Position numbers and translations under genes: made by a program
The notes under the pieces: model-generated
The model's input: the letters and a program-made list of their open reading frames with translations, nothing else
Databases searched by the model: none
Told to the model about the DNA's origin: nothing
DNA from: Macrostomum lignano
Lineage: Eukaryota
Direction: 5' to 3'
Assembly: GCA_002269645.1 (NCBI GenBank)
Contig: NIVC01002341.1
Coordinates: 118,156-182,155 of the forward strand
DNA: 64,000 nucleotides
Shown: one piece after another, positions 12,638 to 26,106 of the stretch
Position numbering within the stretch: the stretch's first letter is position 1
Layout: each line of letters starts with the position of its first letter

Positions 12638-12832
12638 CAACTCACTAACAAGCTAACTCACCTGTCTCTGCTGCAAGACCTGACCCCGCCTGTCCAGCAC
12701 CAGCAGGTTGGCGCAGCTGCGGTGTCCGCAAGCCAGAAAAATGCACTCGCCGCTGTCCAGCAGCTGCAGAGACTCGGGCCCCGCAGACACCGAGTTGTAC
12801 AGCTCGAGACTGCCTTCCTGGGAGAACGCCAT
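9274..12832 (-). CDS. WDR54: WD repeat-containing protein 54, 4 exons, ~343 aa
   Basis: Model complement(join(9274..9402,11310..11447,11765..12358,12662..12832)), all phase-0 GT-AG introns. The translation is colinear with WDR54 as I recall it: ..QVLQQRQ|VAP..FLVLLTHRSAQFF..LCVGTASGELLIFD..|LVAEIGAHARLITGLDV..SEDTSFRAWQL..|IKHLSCTVVPNQMLQGCAF..EIRVF. Confidence 0.85.
9440..9580 (+). mobile_element. tRNA-derived SINE head or degenerate tRNA-like sequence in WDR54 intron 3
   Basis: A-box-like tggttaacgcg, anticodon-arm-like gacttgtaatc and B-box gggttcgagtc at 9482-9492. No convincing acceptor stem, so not called a tRNA. Confidence 0.5.
9860..10470 (+). pseudogene. Degenerate piggyBac transposase fragment (DDE domain) in WDR54 intron 3
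   Basis: Piecing frames together gives LDLGYRIFCDTWFCSTRLAY*, SGTVRVQRVPAALK, FSRRGDLIAVK, TVYMLDSA, LLKSQTALDYNQ and KWLFKLASYLLLQLVCNSLITY*. This follows the piggyBac motif order (YxxxxDNFFTS..GTVR..DLLAxKW..VYML..KP.xxDYN..KWxKKLF..xNxY) with stops and frameshifts. Confidence 0.72.
10627..11150. repeat. 42-bp minisatellite (aatgacgcagtccatgacgccaacacaagcgtcaatgccttc)n, ~12 copies
   Basis: Direct inspection; lies inside WDR54 intron 3 and produces several overlapping repeat ORFs. Confidence 0.93.
11625..11760. repeat. (CAGA/CACAGA)n microsatellite, WDR54 intron 2
   Basis: Direct inspection. Confidence 0.9.
12478..12650. repeat. (CTAA)n microsatellite, WDR54 intron 1
   Basis: Direct inspection. 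Confidence 0.92.
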
Positions 12833-13664
12833 GCAATTCGGGGTCAGGAATGACGAATGCGCACTGATAACTCCCCCTACCCATTATCTACCCACTATTT
12901 ACACACTCTACCCTCTATCTACTACTCCATTCTACCAGCTTTATCTACTCCCCTCTACCCAACTATCTACTCCTGTCTACCCAATGTCAACCCACTATTA
13001 ATTGTCAATCTTATAAAAGCCCAACATGATTCGAAAACAAAGGAAAAGATGGCCACAGAGACGCAAAATTTATTTCACTAATATTACCATGCGGACGATA
13101 AGAGAAATGTAAAAACGAGACAAAATGATGCTGTTTGTTATACTTCCTATACATTATTGCAAAAAGATTACTCAAAAAATGACACTGGTAGGTTCACTGA
13201 ACTCGACGAATAGTACAATATAATTACATTTGCTAAAAACTGTATTCTGATATAAATATATATATTTAAATAAAAACTTTTAGCATTTATGTACACGCAA
13301 GCATTAGTTACAGACGAATAAAGATATATTAACTTACTAATACCCACGAGAATTACTCCTACTTAATTTATTCATTTATTAAAATTAGTTAATATAGTTT
13401 TGGCTATGCAATCGCTAGTACAGATAAACAGGTAGAAATAGCAATAATTTATACCATTTTTAAGCGTGATTTTATTATAACAAATCGAAAAAAACTGCTT
13501 CATATTTACGCAAATATTGCGCTAAATCTGGAACTTGTGCAAAGAGATGGGATAGAGATAGACTAGAAGAAGAAGGGCAGTGGGAGAGATGAAGGGAGCA
13601 AAGGAAAAATGAATTGGGATGAGAAAATATAGACAAGATGAAAGAAAAGGTGAAAAAGAGAGAG

Positions 13665-14280
13665 ATGAAGGGAGCAGTAAGAGATAAAGGGAGAATGGAA
13701 AGATAAAAAGAGCAGGGAGAGATCAAGGGATCAAGGAAGGATGAAGGGAGCAGAGAGATGAAGGGAGAAGAGAGAGATGAAGGGAGCAGAGAGAGATGAA
13801 GGGACCAGGGAGAGATGAAGGGAGCAGGGAGAGATGAAGGGACCAGGGAGAGATGAAGGGACCAGGGAGAGATGAAGGGACCAGGGAGAGATGAAGGGAC
13901 CAGGGAGAGATGAAGGGAGCAGGGAGAGATGAAGGGACCAGGGAGAGATGAAGGGACCAGGGAGAGATGAAGGGAGCAGGGAGAGATGAAGGGAGCAGAG
14001 AGAGATGAAGGGACCAGGGAGAGATGAAGGGACCAGGGAGAGATGAAGGGACCAGGGAGAGATGAAGGGAGCAGGGAGAGATGAAGGGAGCAGGGAGAGA
14101 TGAAGGGAGCAGGGAGAGATGAAGGGACCAGAGAGAGATGAAGGGACCAGGGAGAGATGAAGGGACCAGGGAGAGATGAAGGGACCAGGGAGAGATGAAG
14201 GGAGCAGGGAGAGATGAAGGGAGCAGGGAGAGATGAAGGGACCAGGGAGAGATGAAGGGAGCAGGGAGAGATGAAGGGAA
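13665..14280. repeat. 19-bp purine-rich minisatellite (agggagagatgaagggacc)n between RNASEH1 and WDR54
   Basis: About 28 copies with acc/agc variants. Confidence 0.92.
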
Positions 14281-14378
14281 GAATACACAGGGATGCTCTC
14301 AACCGGCAGTGCACATTGGCTTGAGTTAGCGAGACAAATCAAACTGGAGGGGGATTAAAAGCCCTTTATTTCCAGCTG

Positions 14379-17015
14379 TTACGCAACTGAGACGCCGCCG
14401 CTGCTGCCCCCGCTTCCCCCTAGCAACGGCGCGTCGGCTCCCTGATTGGCTAATCGATCGGCCATCTCGTTACCATGGTTACCAGAGTGGCCGCGAACGT
14501 GGCGAAAATTCACGCGAACCCTGGTGCTGTCCAGCAGGTCAGCCAAGGATTCGATTTCCTGTCTCACACGGACTGTGCCGCCGTCTGAGAGGCGCCACCC
14601 GTTGCGGCGCCATTTTGGTAGCCAGGCTGTCAGGCAGCTGATCAGGAACTGGCTGTCAGTGCGCACCTGGGGGGGGGGTGACAGATATGCCAGTGCGATT
14701 ACCGACTATTCTGCTACCCACTATTCTGCCCCACTCTACTCCCCAATCTACTCCCGAATCTACTCCCCACTCTACTCCCCACTCTACTCCCCAATCTACT
14801 CCCCACTCTAATCCCTAATCTACTCCCCAATCTACTCCCCACCCTACTCCCTAATCTACTCCCCACTCTACTCCCCACTCTACTCCCCAATCTACTCCCC
14901 ACTCTACTCCCCAATCTACTCCCCACTCTAATCCCTAATCTACTCCCCACCCTACTCCCTAATCTACTCCCCACTCTACTCCCCACTCTACTCCCGACTC
15001 TACGCCCCACTGAACTCTCGAATCTACTCCCGAATCTACTCCCGAATCTACTCCTGAATCTACTCCCGAATCTACTCCTTACTCTACTCTCGAATCTACT
15101 CCCGAATCTACTCCCTACTCTACTCCCGAATCTACTCCCTACTCTACTCCCGAATCTACTCCCTACTCTACTCCCGAATCTACTCCCTACTCTACTCCCG
15201 AATCTACTCCCTACTCTACTCCCGAATCTACTCCCTACTCTACTCCCGAATCTACTCCCTACTCTACTCCCGAATCTACTCCCTACTCTACTCCCGAATC
15301 TACTCCCTACTCTACTCCCGAATCTACTCCCGAATCTACTCCCCACTCTACTCCCAAATCTACTCCCCACTCTACTCCCGAATCTACTCCCCACTCTACA
15401 GTCTACAACCAACTTTACTCCCCACTCTACCCCTACTCTACAACCAACTCTACCCCCCACTCTACTCCTACTTTACTTCCGACTCCACTCCTCACTCCAC
15501 CCTAATCTACTCTTTATTCAACTATCTAGTGTCTACTCTACTCCCTACCTCCAGAGCCTCCACGCCCTCCCTCTCGGCAATCTCCACGGCCCGTTTCGCC
15601 GCGGCGATCTCGGCGGCATTGTTAGTCTGCCTGCCGGGGTGCCGCTCCGCCACATTCCACGGGTGCCCGTCGCCAAAATAGACCCCGATGCCTGCCCGAG
15701 AGTTGTCCCGGCCGTTGCTATGACAGGCGCCGTCTGTGTACACGATGAGGGGCGGGTTGGCCGGCGGCGGTGTGGGGCTTCGCTTCCGCTTTGTTCCCTG
15801 CGGTGGGGAGAATGGGAAGAGAGTTGGGCGCGAATAATCGAGCCAATAAAATCTCTACTTTTGAAAATAATTTCAAAAAGATCTTGTCTCTCGAGAGATG
15901 GGATTTCTTTAAATCTCAAACCCCTTAGAATTGGTTTCTAAAAATGTCAAAATCTAACTCTATCTTAGGATAAATTGCTTAAAATCTCACTATCTCAGAA
16001 TAGATTTCTAAAATCTCCTCCTATCTGAGGATGGATAACTCAAAATCTCACCCCACCTCCGGATGTATTTCTCAAAATCTAACCTTATTTTGAATTTATT
16101 CCTTAAATATCACTCCATCACAATATGGATAACTCAAAATCCCACCCTGTCTCAGGATAGATTTCTCGAAATATCACCCTGTCCCATGATGGATTCCTCA
16201 ATCTCACCCTATCTTAGGATGGATTCCTTAAAATCTCACCCTATCTTAGGATGGATTCTTTAAAATCTCACTCTATCTAAGGATGGATTCTTTAAATTCT
16301 CACTCTATCTAAGGATGGACTTTTTAAAATCTCACCCTAAGGATGGACTCCTCAAAATCTCACCCTATCTTAGGATGGATTCATTTAAAATCTCACCCTA
16401 TCTCAGGATGGATAATTAAAAATCTCACCCTATCTTAGGATGGATTTTTTAAACTCTCACTCTATCTAAGGATGGATTTCTCAAAAGCTCACCCTATCTC
16501 AGGATGGATTTCTAAAAATCTCAAAACAAAGAAACTTTTGAGCTCACTACTTCCCAATAAGATTGGTGAGTAGAACCGTGCGAATATGACAATTAAAATG
16601 CATTTCATATGATGACGCTAACCTGATGAGACTGATGCGGATACGGCTGTTGCTGATGAAGCTGCGGATTCTGCGGCCGTTGCTGCCTAGCAACGGACGT
16701 CACCACCGAGCCGTCCTGACACACTGTGGCAACAAAAGCAGTGGAAGAAGTCGAAGCCGCAGCAGCGCCGGTTTGAAATCCGCCTGACAACGACTTAGCA
16801 ACGGTTGCTAGGCTAGGCGGGCCTTTAGATTTTTTACTAGCTCCCGTACTGACCCTGGGCGGAGTGTGCGGCGCGCTGACGAACATCTGAGCCTCTTCAA
16901 CTGTTGAGAACTTTTTATACCTGGCACCGGGAAAGCCAACCACCTGTGCTTGGCATTCAAGCCAGGTGTTAAATACACCTGTTACTAATCCGCGTTTTAC
17001 AGCGTAGAATGGCAT
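14379..17015 (-). CDS. RNASEH1: Ribonuclease H1, 3 exons, ~309 aa
   Basis: Model complement(join(14379..14666,15549..15797,16623..17015)), phase 0/0. It has a hybrid-binding domain ([35 protein letters not shown]), a KRKR NLS-like motif and catalytic motifs VYTDGAC, TNNAAE, TDSQF and [24 protein letters not shown] follows the stop. Confidence 0.95.
14815..15530. repeat. ~12-bp (tctactcccca/cga) minisatellite filling RNASEH1 intron 2
   Basis: Direct inspection. Confidence 0.9.
15940..16525. repeat. ~31-bp degenerate minisatellite (aaaatctcaccctatcttaggatggatt..) in RNASEH1 intron 1
   Basis: Direct inspection. Confidence 0.85.
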
Positions 17016-17174
17016 CCGGCAAGGCGGAGCTGGCGCAGTTGATAATAATATTAATGACGTCGGGTGACGGACGGCGGTGACTGCTGATCTGATCTGCAAG
17101 TGCGTGTGTTGGTTGCTTGGCTGTTAGTGCAATGCCTTCATCATTTTAATTTCATTTGTTGCAATGTTGCTGGT

Positions 17175-17910
17175 TATCTATCTCACCCTTCAGCTTATCT
17201 ATCTCACCCTTCAGCTTATCTATCTCACCCTTCTACTTATCTATCTCACCCTTCTACTTATCTATCTCACCCATCAGCTTATCTATCTCACCCTTCAGCT
17301 TATCTATCTCACGCTTAAGCTTATCTATCTCACCCATCAGCTTATCTATCTCACCCATCAGCTTATCTATCTCACCCTTCAGCTTATCTATCTCACCCTT
17401 CTACTATCTATCTCACCCTTCAGCTTATCTATCTCACCCTTCTACTATCTATCTCACCCTTCAGCTTATCTATCTCACCCTTAAGCTTATCTATCTCACC
17501 CTTCAGCTTATCTATCTCACCCTTAGGCTTATCTATCTCACCCTTCAGCTTATGTATCTCACCCTTCTACTTATCTATCTCACCCTTCAGCTTATGTATC
17601 TCACCCTTCTACTTATCTATCTCACCCATTAGCTTATATATATCACCCTTATGCTTATCTGTCTCACCCTTAATCTCATCCCATTGATCTACTGTCTCAC
17701 CTTTTTGATCTACTATCTCACCCCATTGATCTACTATCTCATCCCATTGATTCACTATCTCACCCCATTGATCTACTATCTCACCCCATTGATTTACTAT
17801 CCCACCTCATTTATCTAAAATCTCACCCCATTGATCTTCTATCTCACCCTACTGTTCTACTATCTCGTCCCATTGTTCTACTATCTCACCCCATTGATCT
17901 ACTATCTCCT
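17175..17910. repeat. 21-bp minisatellite (tatctatctcacccttcagct)n upstream of RNASEH1
   Basis: Direct inspection; drifts into a ccccattgatctactatctca variant toward 17900. Confidence 0.9.
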
Positions 17911-18081
17911 ATGGATCTATTGCGCACTAAAAGCATCTCAAAATTTCTACTTTAAATCGCAAGCATTCACTGTTTTCTCAACTCCCACTTACCTAGCTAT
18001 TCTACCCTCCTAGCCGCCTAGGAGTAAAGTAAGAAAATATCAAACAGTAATCAGGTAAAGTGGCTCGCTTGATGAAGAGTA

Positions 18082-18373
18082 GATAAATAAAGGTAAATAT
18101 CAACATGAAGTATTATTTGAGTTGCCGATGCATTTCGTCCATTTGCATTAGGACATCGTCAGGGTCCTCCTATTGAGAAACAATTTGAACGAATATTCAG
18201 TATATATAGACTCTCTCAACTATCTCTCAACTATCTCTCAACTATCTATATATACTGAATATTCGTTCAAATTGTTTCTCAATAAAAAGACCCTGACGAT
18301 GTCCCAATGCAAATGGACGAAATGCATCGGCAACTCAAACAACACTTCATGTTGATATTTACCTTTATTTATC
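18082..18373. repeat. Long inverted repeat (foldback), 129-bp arms
   Basis: 18082-18210 is the near-perfect reverse complement of 18245-18373; the 34-nt loop is made of tctcaacta repeats. Confidence 0.88.
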
Positions 18374-19154
18374 AAACAGTAATGTGCAGAACATAAGAAG
18401 CAAGCAAATTTTGAGCAGGTTAGATAACTCAAATTTATTTTTAATGGCAAGCTGAAATAAAATTACTCTATCAGAAATTATATAATTGTTAATCATAAAT
18501 GAATTCAGGATATTGCTGCAATAAATTGAAGAGGAATCAATGCTTAAACACTTACAATATAATTTTTTGCTTAATTAATTAATGGTAACTTATACTTAGA
18601 ATTTAAATATCAGATAAAATTTATTATGCTACTTGCTGTAAGTACGTTATTAGATTATTTAAATTATTTAATTAAGCACCAAATTAAATATTATTTTGAT
18701 AATATACATAACTACTGCATTTTTGAATAAGCATTTATTAATTATTAATTAGAAAATCAAATGTCAGCAAAAAAGAAAATCTCTTTATGTATACATATTA
18801 CAGTGTGTGTTCGAAACATATTAAAAAAGTTAGAGAAACTATACATACTACTGTTTCATTGAGAGCTGATATCACTAGGAACTAAGGCCAAAAGTTAAAC
18901 ATTAATTTAATAATAAAATCATGATAATTTTGCTCATAATTAAAAAGCAACAATCATAAAATATACGCGGCATATATTATACCTCTAGTGAATAATGAAT
19001 TATAAAGGAATAAAAATATTTGACACAAGAAAGTTCAGCAGTAACACACAATAACTCAAGGCGGAGTTGAAGGAAGGGCATTAAACAATTGCAATAAAAA
19101 TAAGTTTCCATTATAAAAGAGCAAATCAAGGATTAAAAAGCCTTGATACATGAC

Positions 19155-19615
19155 TCGCTAGATTAGCAATCCATTCTATTCCAATTGATCCGTGATTGAT
19201 TTGCTAGATTAGCAATCCATTCTATTCCAATTGATCCGTGATTGTTTGGCTAGATTAGCAATCTATTCTATTCCAATTGATTTGTGATTGGCTAGATTAG
19301 CAATCCATTCTATTCCAATTGATTTGTGATTGGCTAGATTAGCAATCCATTCTATTCCAATTGATTTGTGGTTGGCTAGATTAGCAATCCATTCTATTCC
19401 AATTGATTTGTGATTGGCTAGATTAGCAATCCATTCTATTCCAATTGATTTGTGATTGATTGGCTAGATTAGCAATCCATTCTATTCCAATTGATTTGGG
19501 ATTGATTGGCTAGATTAGCAATCCATTCTATTCCAATTGATTTGTGATTGGCTAGATTAGCAATCCATTCTATTCCAATTGATTCGTGATTGATTGGCTA
19601 GATTAGCAATCCATT
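19155..19615. repeat. 42-46-bp minisatellite (gctagattagcaatccattctattccaattgatttgtgattg)n
   Basis: About 10 copies, downstream of the ANKRD6 stop. Confidence 0.9.
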
Positions 19616-19800
19616 GTACTTCGGATTAGAATTATTTTCATGAAAAATGGATCACAAATGAATTATGAATAGTACGTTCAAAAATTCGCAAATTGCAAGC
19701 AGGTGCACTACTAATTAAGTACTAACTATCAGACACAAACATTATTATGTATGCAATCGGCGCTGTGACGCGCTAAGCCTGCTGAAAATGGAGTTTACAA

Positions 19801-22800
19801 TCACAGGAATCTTAGCTTGGGATCCAAGTAAATCTTCTGTTCCATAGACATTTCTGAACTCTGGTCGGCTTTGAATCGTTGAGAAGAACCTGAATTAGCC
19901 GTCCCATCTTTGTCGACAGGCGGCTGTTGAACAGGCGCGACGGCTGCGGCAGCAGCGGCGCCTTCCTGACTGTCAGGCTGACGCTGCTGATGAAGCTGGC
20001 TCCCCAGCGACTCGGAATTAGCCATGGCGGATGTCACAACTACAGATGAAGAGTCAGAGGCTGCCGCTTTTAAAATTGAAATACCGTTTGCGCTTGTTGG
20101 CGAGTCCACGGGTCTTTGGCGATTGTCGTCGGCGCGATTCGCTGCGGGAATTGGGATCAAATTTATCAATCAATTTCTTTGATTAGTAAGCATGATCAAT
20201 CCATCAACCAATCATCAATCTATCAACCAATCATCAATCCATTAACCAATCATCAATCTATCAAACAATCATCAATCTATCAACCAATCATCAATCTATC
20301 AACCAATCATCAATCCATCAATCAATCATCAGTCTATCTATCAATCGATCAATAAATCATCAATCCATCAACCAATCATCAATCTATAAATTAATCATCA
20401 ATCTATCAACAAATCATCTGTCTATCTATCAATCTATCAACCAATCATCAATCATCAATTTATCAACAAATCATCAGTCTATCTACAAATCTATCAACCA
20501 ATCATCAATCTATTAATTAATCATCAATCGATCAACAAATCATCAATCTATAAATTAATCATCAATCTATCAACCAATCATCAATCCATCAACCATTCAT
20601 CAATCTATCAACCAATCATCAGTCTATCTATCAATAAATCATCAATCTATCAATCTATCAACCAATCATCAATCATCAATTTATTAACAAATCATCAGTC
20701 TATCTACAAATCTATCAACCAATCATCAATTTATTAATTAATCATCAATCGATCAACAAATCATCAATCTATAAATTAATCATCAATCTATCAACCAATC
20801 ATCAATCCATCAACCATTCATCAATCTATCAACCAATCATCAGTCTATCTATCAATAAATCATCAATCTATCAATCTATCAACCAATCATCAATCTATAA
20901 ATTAATCATTAATCGATCAACAAATCATCAATCTATTAATTAATCAGCAATCGATCAACAAATCATCAATCTATTAATTAATCAGCAATCGATCAACAAA
21001 TCATCAATCTATTAATTAATCAGCAATCGATCAACAAATCATCAATCTATTAATTAATCAGCAATCGATCAACAAATCATCAATCTATTAATTAATCAGC
21101 AATCGATCAACAAATCATCAATCTATTAATTAATCATCACCCGATCAACAAATCATCAATCTATCAACCAATCATCGATCACTAAGCAACGGTCACCTTT
21201 CCGCCAGGCCATAGCCTGATCAACCGGCACAGTGGTGACGCCGCGTCCGCCGCCACCGCTAGACGGCGGAGAAGTCGGCGAAGTCGGCGAAATCGACTCG
21301 GACGTTGGCGTCATGGATGCGACAGCCGGTCCCCGGCGTCCAAACTGCGGCCCTCCACCCGGTAAGCCGGACTGCATAGCCAATTGCATTCGAGTCTTCT
21401 CAGCTTGAGTTTTCACTTTGTAGCCGGACATTGACAAAGATTCGTCGCTTCTAGTTCGGTACATGAGCAGCCGCGGCGGCGGCGGAGGCAACGGCAGCTG
21501 GGTGTGATGACGGTGCTGACTAGGCGGAAGCTGGGACTGGTACAGCAGCGACTGACGGTTGAATGCGACAGAGTTGCCGTTGGCCGCTTCGGCGCCGTGC
21601 CACTCTCGGTAGCCGTGCTCGATGCAGGCGTGAATGCCCAGGTGACAGGTGCAGCTGCTGGGTATCGCCTGGAGTGCCCGGTGGGGGACTGCTCAGGTGT
21701 CTTTAACGGTAGGAATGCCAAGCCATTTTTCCACCCGTCAAACTACCAAGAGGGCGGAATTCCCCCCCCCTGGCATTTTTGCTGCGCCGTATTGGAGCAA
21801 CGCAGGCCCACGAAATTCAAGAACACAGGCAAACTTTTTATTGCGCACCTTCTCAAACAAAAGTCAAGTCGCCAGCCCTCCGGACTGTCGAGATATTCGA
21901 CGATTCTACCAGAAGGTCGAATTTTTCCATAAGCGCCAGCGTATTCAGTACACCCCTGTGCGCCAATCAGCACTGCGCCTCGGTGCAGCCTTGCCAAGTC
22001 CCGAAATTTCAAAATCAAAAACCAATCCGGGTGATGATGGAATGCTTGACTGACTAGCTGAGGATGTCCAGCAGTTGATTTTTGCCCACTGTCGAGGCTT
22101 GATCAGCAAACTAGATAAATTTGCAACAGCGTGTCCATAGTCACCTGGTGCCACCTGTTGAAGGTCCAGAAGCTCCGCTTGGGTAAAGGATAGTGACCAA
22201 CGAAGGCAGAACTGCTGCAGACACATGTGGTCGACGTGCTGATGAAATTTGAAGGCTTGGCAAGGCTGCACCGAGGCGCAGCGCTGATTGGCTGACTGAA
22301 TACACTGGCGCTTACCGCTTATGGGAAAGTCCGACTTTCTGTCAGAATCCTCGAATATCTTGACGGTCCGGAGGGCTGGCGACTTGATTCTTGTTTGAGA
22401 AGGTGCGCAATAAAAAGTTGGCCCGCGTTCTTGAATTTTGTGTGCCTGCGTTGCTCCAATACGGCGCGGCAAAAACATTGTCAGGGGGGGGGGGGACTTT
22501 CCCCCCGCCCTCTTGGTTGTTCTACTGTTAATGCGTTTCTTGAATGCATGTCAAGGGCATTGTCTATCTCAGGTGTCTGTCTCGGGTATCTGTCTCAGGT
22601 GTCTGTTTCGGGTATCTGTCTCAGGTGTCTGTCTCAGGTGTCTGTCTCAGGTGTCTGTCTCGGGTATCTGTCTCAGGTGTCTGTCTCAGGTGTCTGTCTC
22701 AGGTGTCTGTCTCGGGTATCTGTCTCAGGTGTCTGTTTCGGGTATCTGTCCCAGGTATCTGTCTCGGGTATCTGTCTCAGGTGCCTGTTTCGGGTATCTG

Positions 22801-25800
22801 TCCCAGGTATCTGTCTCGGGTGTCTGTCTCAGGTGTCTGTCTCATGTGTCTGTCCCGGGTATCTGTCTCAGGTGTCTGTCTCTGGTATCTGTCTCATGTG
22901 TCTGTCTCGGGTATCTGTCTCAGGTGTCTGTTTCGGATAGCTGTGCATATCTGTCCAATTCACACACATCTATAGCACACCGGTTGCCTGTTTCTATGGT
23001 AAATGTCTGTATTAAACTTTCCATCCGCTCAAGTGTACACCAGCCCACTCACAGACGGTCCTGCCCGAGTGTCATGGCTGAAGTGATGTTGAGGAACAAT
23101 TGGCGCGGCCAAGCGGTCAAAATAAGAATTATTACAGTCACTGCCAACACCGACGGAAGGCGTCTCCCCGGATGACACAGACGACTTCTTGTTGCCATTT
23201 TTACGAAACAGACCGGCTAGAGAGAATTTGAAACCGCTAAAAGATTTTTTAGTCTTTGTTTTGCTTTTAGTCTTGGCCTGTTGCTGTTGCTGCTGCTGCT
23301 GCTGCTCAGCGGGTGTCTGGTTCTCCTGCTCAAGTATCTGTTGTTGCTGAATCGGAACCAACGAACACTGCGAATGATGAGGCAAGGGTGAAACTGCTGC
23401 CATCGCTTGAAACTGTTGTTGCTGCTGCTGTTGCTGCTGTTGCTGCTGCATAAAAAGCAGATCTGTTCCAGAACTGCCCGAACCAAAGCTTCCACTAGTT
23501 GGCGGCGGGTTGTAGCCCATCTCCATCGGCTGATGATGCTGATAAGGTAAATGATGCAGATTTGGAGACTGATGAGGCTTCTGATGCTGCTGATGCTGCT
23601 GACTGCGCCTGTGCGACCTGTGCGGCACCCTGTGCCCACCATACAGCATGTCCAGCACATCGTCGAAGCCTTTCCGACTAGCCACGTCGATAGCCGTTTC
23701 ATTCTGCCGATTGCGCAACTGCAGATCGGCGCTGGAGTCCAGCAACATGCGGATGATTTTCCGACGGCGAAGAGCGCAGGCCACGTGCAAGGCGGAGTCG
23801 CCGTTCCGATTGCGAGAGTTCACTCGGGTGACGGGGCCAGCGCTGAGGAGGATCCTCGCCACACCGGCGTGGCCGTAGCGAGCGGCCGTGTGCAGCGCCG
23901 TGTCGCCGAACGTGTTGCGCTTGTTAGGGTCGGAACCGGCGTAGAGCAGAGCTCTGGTTGACTGGTTGTGACCGTTCTGCACGGCTAGGTGTAGCGGCGT
24001 TGCCATGGCAACGTTCTGAGCGTTGGCGTCGCTTCCAGCGCCGCATAGCAACTCGACTGTTCGAGAGAAGCCGTGCCAGGCGGCCTCGTGTAGAGGCGAG
24101 TTGCCGTGACGGTGACTGCGCTGGTTGGCCGTCTGAAAAAGGGAATGACCGGCATTTTACCCTGTTATGACTGTGCTGAATGACCGGCATTTTACCCTGT
24201 TATGACTGTGCTGAATGACCGGCATTTTACCCTGTTATGACTGTGCTGAATGACCGGCATTTTACCCTGATATGACTATGCCGAATGACCGGCATTTTAC
24301 CCTGTTATGACTGTGCTGAATGACCGGCATTTTACCCTGTTATGACTGTGCCGAATAATCGGCCTTTTACCCTGTTATGACTGTGCCGAATGACAAGCAT
24401 TTTACCCTGTTATGACTGTGCCGAATGACCGGCATTTTACCCTGTTATGACTGTGCTGAATGACCGGCATTTTACCCCCTGTTATGACTGTGCTGAATGA
24501 CCGGCATTTTACCCTGTTATGACTATGCCGAATGACCGGCATTTTACCCTGTTATGACTGTGCTGAATGACCGGCATTTTACCCTGTTATGACTGTGCTG
24601 AATGACCGGCATTTTACCCTGTTATGACTGTGCTGAATGACCGGCATTTTACCCTGTTATGACTGTGCTAAATGACCGGCATTTTACCCTGTTATGACTG
24701 TGCCGAATGATCGGCCTTTTACCCTGTTATGACTGTGCCGAATGACCAGCATTTTACCCTGTTATGACTGTGCCGAATGACCGGCATTTTACCCTGTTAT
24801 GACTGTGCTGAATGACCGGCATTTTACCCTGTTATGACTGTGCTAAATGACCGGCATTTTACCCTGTTATGACTGTGCCGAATGATCGGCCTTTTACCCT
24901 GTTATGACTGTGCCGAATGACCAGCATTTTACCCTGTTATGACTGTGCCGAATGACCGGTTTTTTACCCTGTTATGACTGTGCTGAATGACCGGCCTTTT
25001 ACCCTGTTATGACTGTGCTGAATGACCGGCATTTTACCCTGTTATGACTGTTGAATGAAACGCCTACCTGACCCTCCAGCATGAGCAGCTGGACAACCTG
25101 CAGATGACCGTGCCTGGCAGCCAGGTGCAAAGCTGTCAGACCGCCACTGTCTGTCAGTCCGGCCAGCTGAGTTCGCGACGATGAGGCCGAGGCAGATGGT
25201 GGCGGCGGGGCGTCGAGGAGGAGACGGCAGATCTGTGCGTGACCACCAGCAGCCGCGCAGTGCAACGGCGTGCGACCGTCCTGAGTGTTGAAGAGTGACA
25301 AGCGTCACAATATTGATGATGGATTGATGACTACTCGGGGGGGGGGGGGTTGCAATGCGTAGCTTAGTAGACGCCGTAGAGTCGTGCTAGAGTTGCCTTA
25401 GAATCGCACTTCGCATAAAACTCTATTTAGTCTACTTAAATAAGTAGAAAGTTAGGCGCTAAAACAACGACTATTGGATTGACTTATTTTACAATTCTGC
25501 AAATCACGTGATGCGCTTGTGACTCAACAGTCGCCTCTCTCCGTCGCATTACAGTCGTTTGAGTCGTTAAACAGTCACAAGAGTTGTCCCAGAGTCGCTA
25601 GCGAACGTTTAAGTCAAAACTTATATATAGAAAAAAAACTATCAACTCTTAACAAAACTGAGTACGATAAATTATACGCTACTTAAAGTAGTGCAAGCGC
25701 TAATGCGTAGTAAAAAACAATTCAATACATATATTGATAGAAAACTAATAATAACGTTGTAAAGTGAACGTAAAACTAACGAAAAAAGCGTAATTGCGCA

Positions 25801-26041
25801 CTTATTAAGCCTATTATAGCCTACTAACCATAATAGTGATAGAACAATGTTGTAATTGTAAAGCACTTCACTTTCTAAACACTTTGATTAGTAGGCTATA
25901 TTAGTAAAGCTTTGAAATAACACTTGTATTTTCTAAACAAAGAACGAACATATCCGTCAGTAGCGAGTACGAGTCTGTCTGTCTGTCTGTCTGTCTGTCT
26001 TAGTGTCTGTCTTAATGTCGGTCTGTCTTATTGTCTGTCTC

Positions 26042-26106
<65 letters not shown>

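Noticed and set aside
13475-13560. YLRKYEAVFFD resembling the start of a HAD phosphatase
   Set aside because: It stops immediately, lacks the DxD continuation and has no further exons; it is the tail of a repeat-derived ORF.
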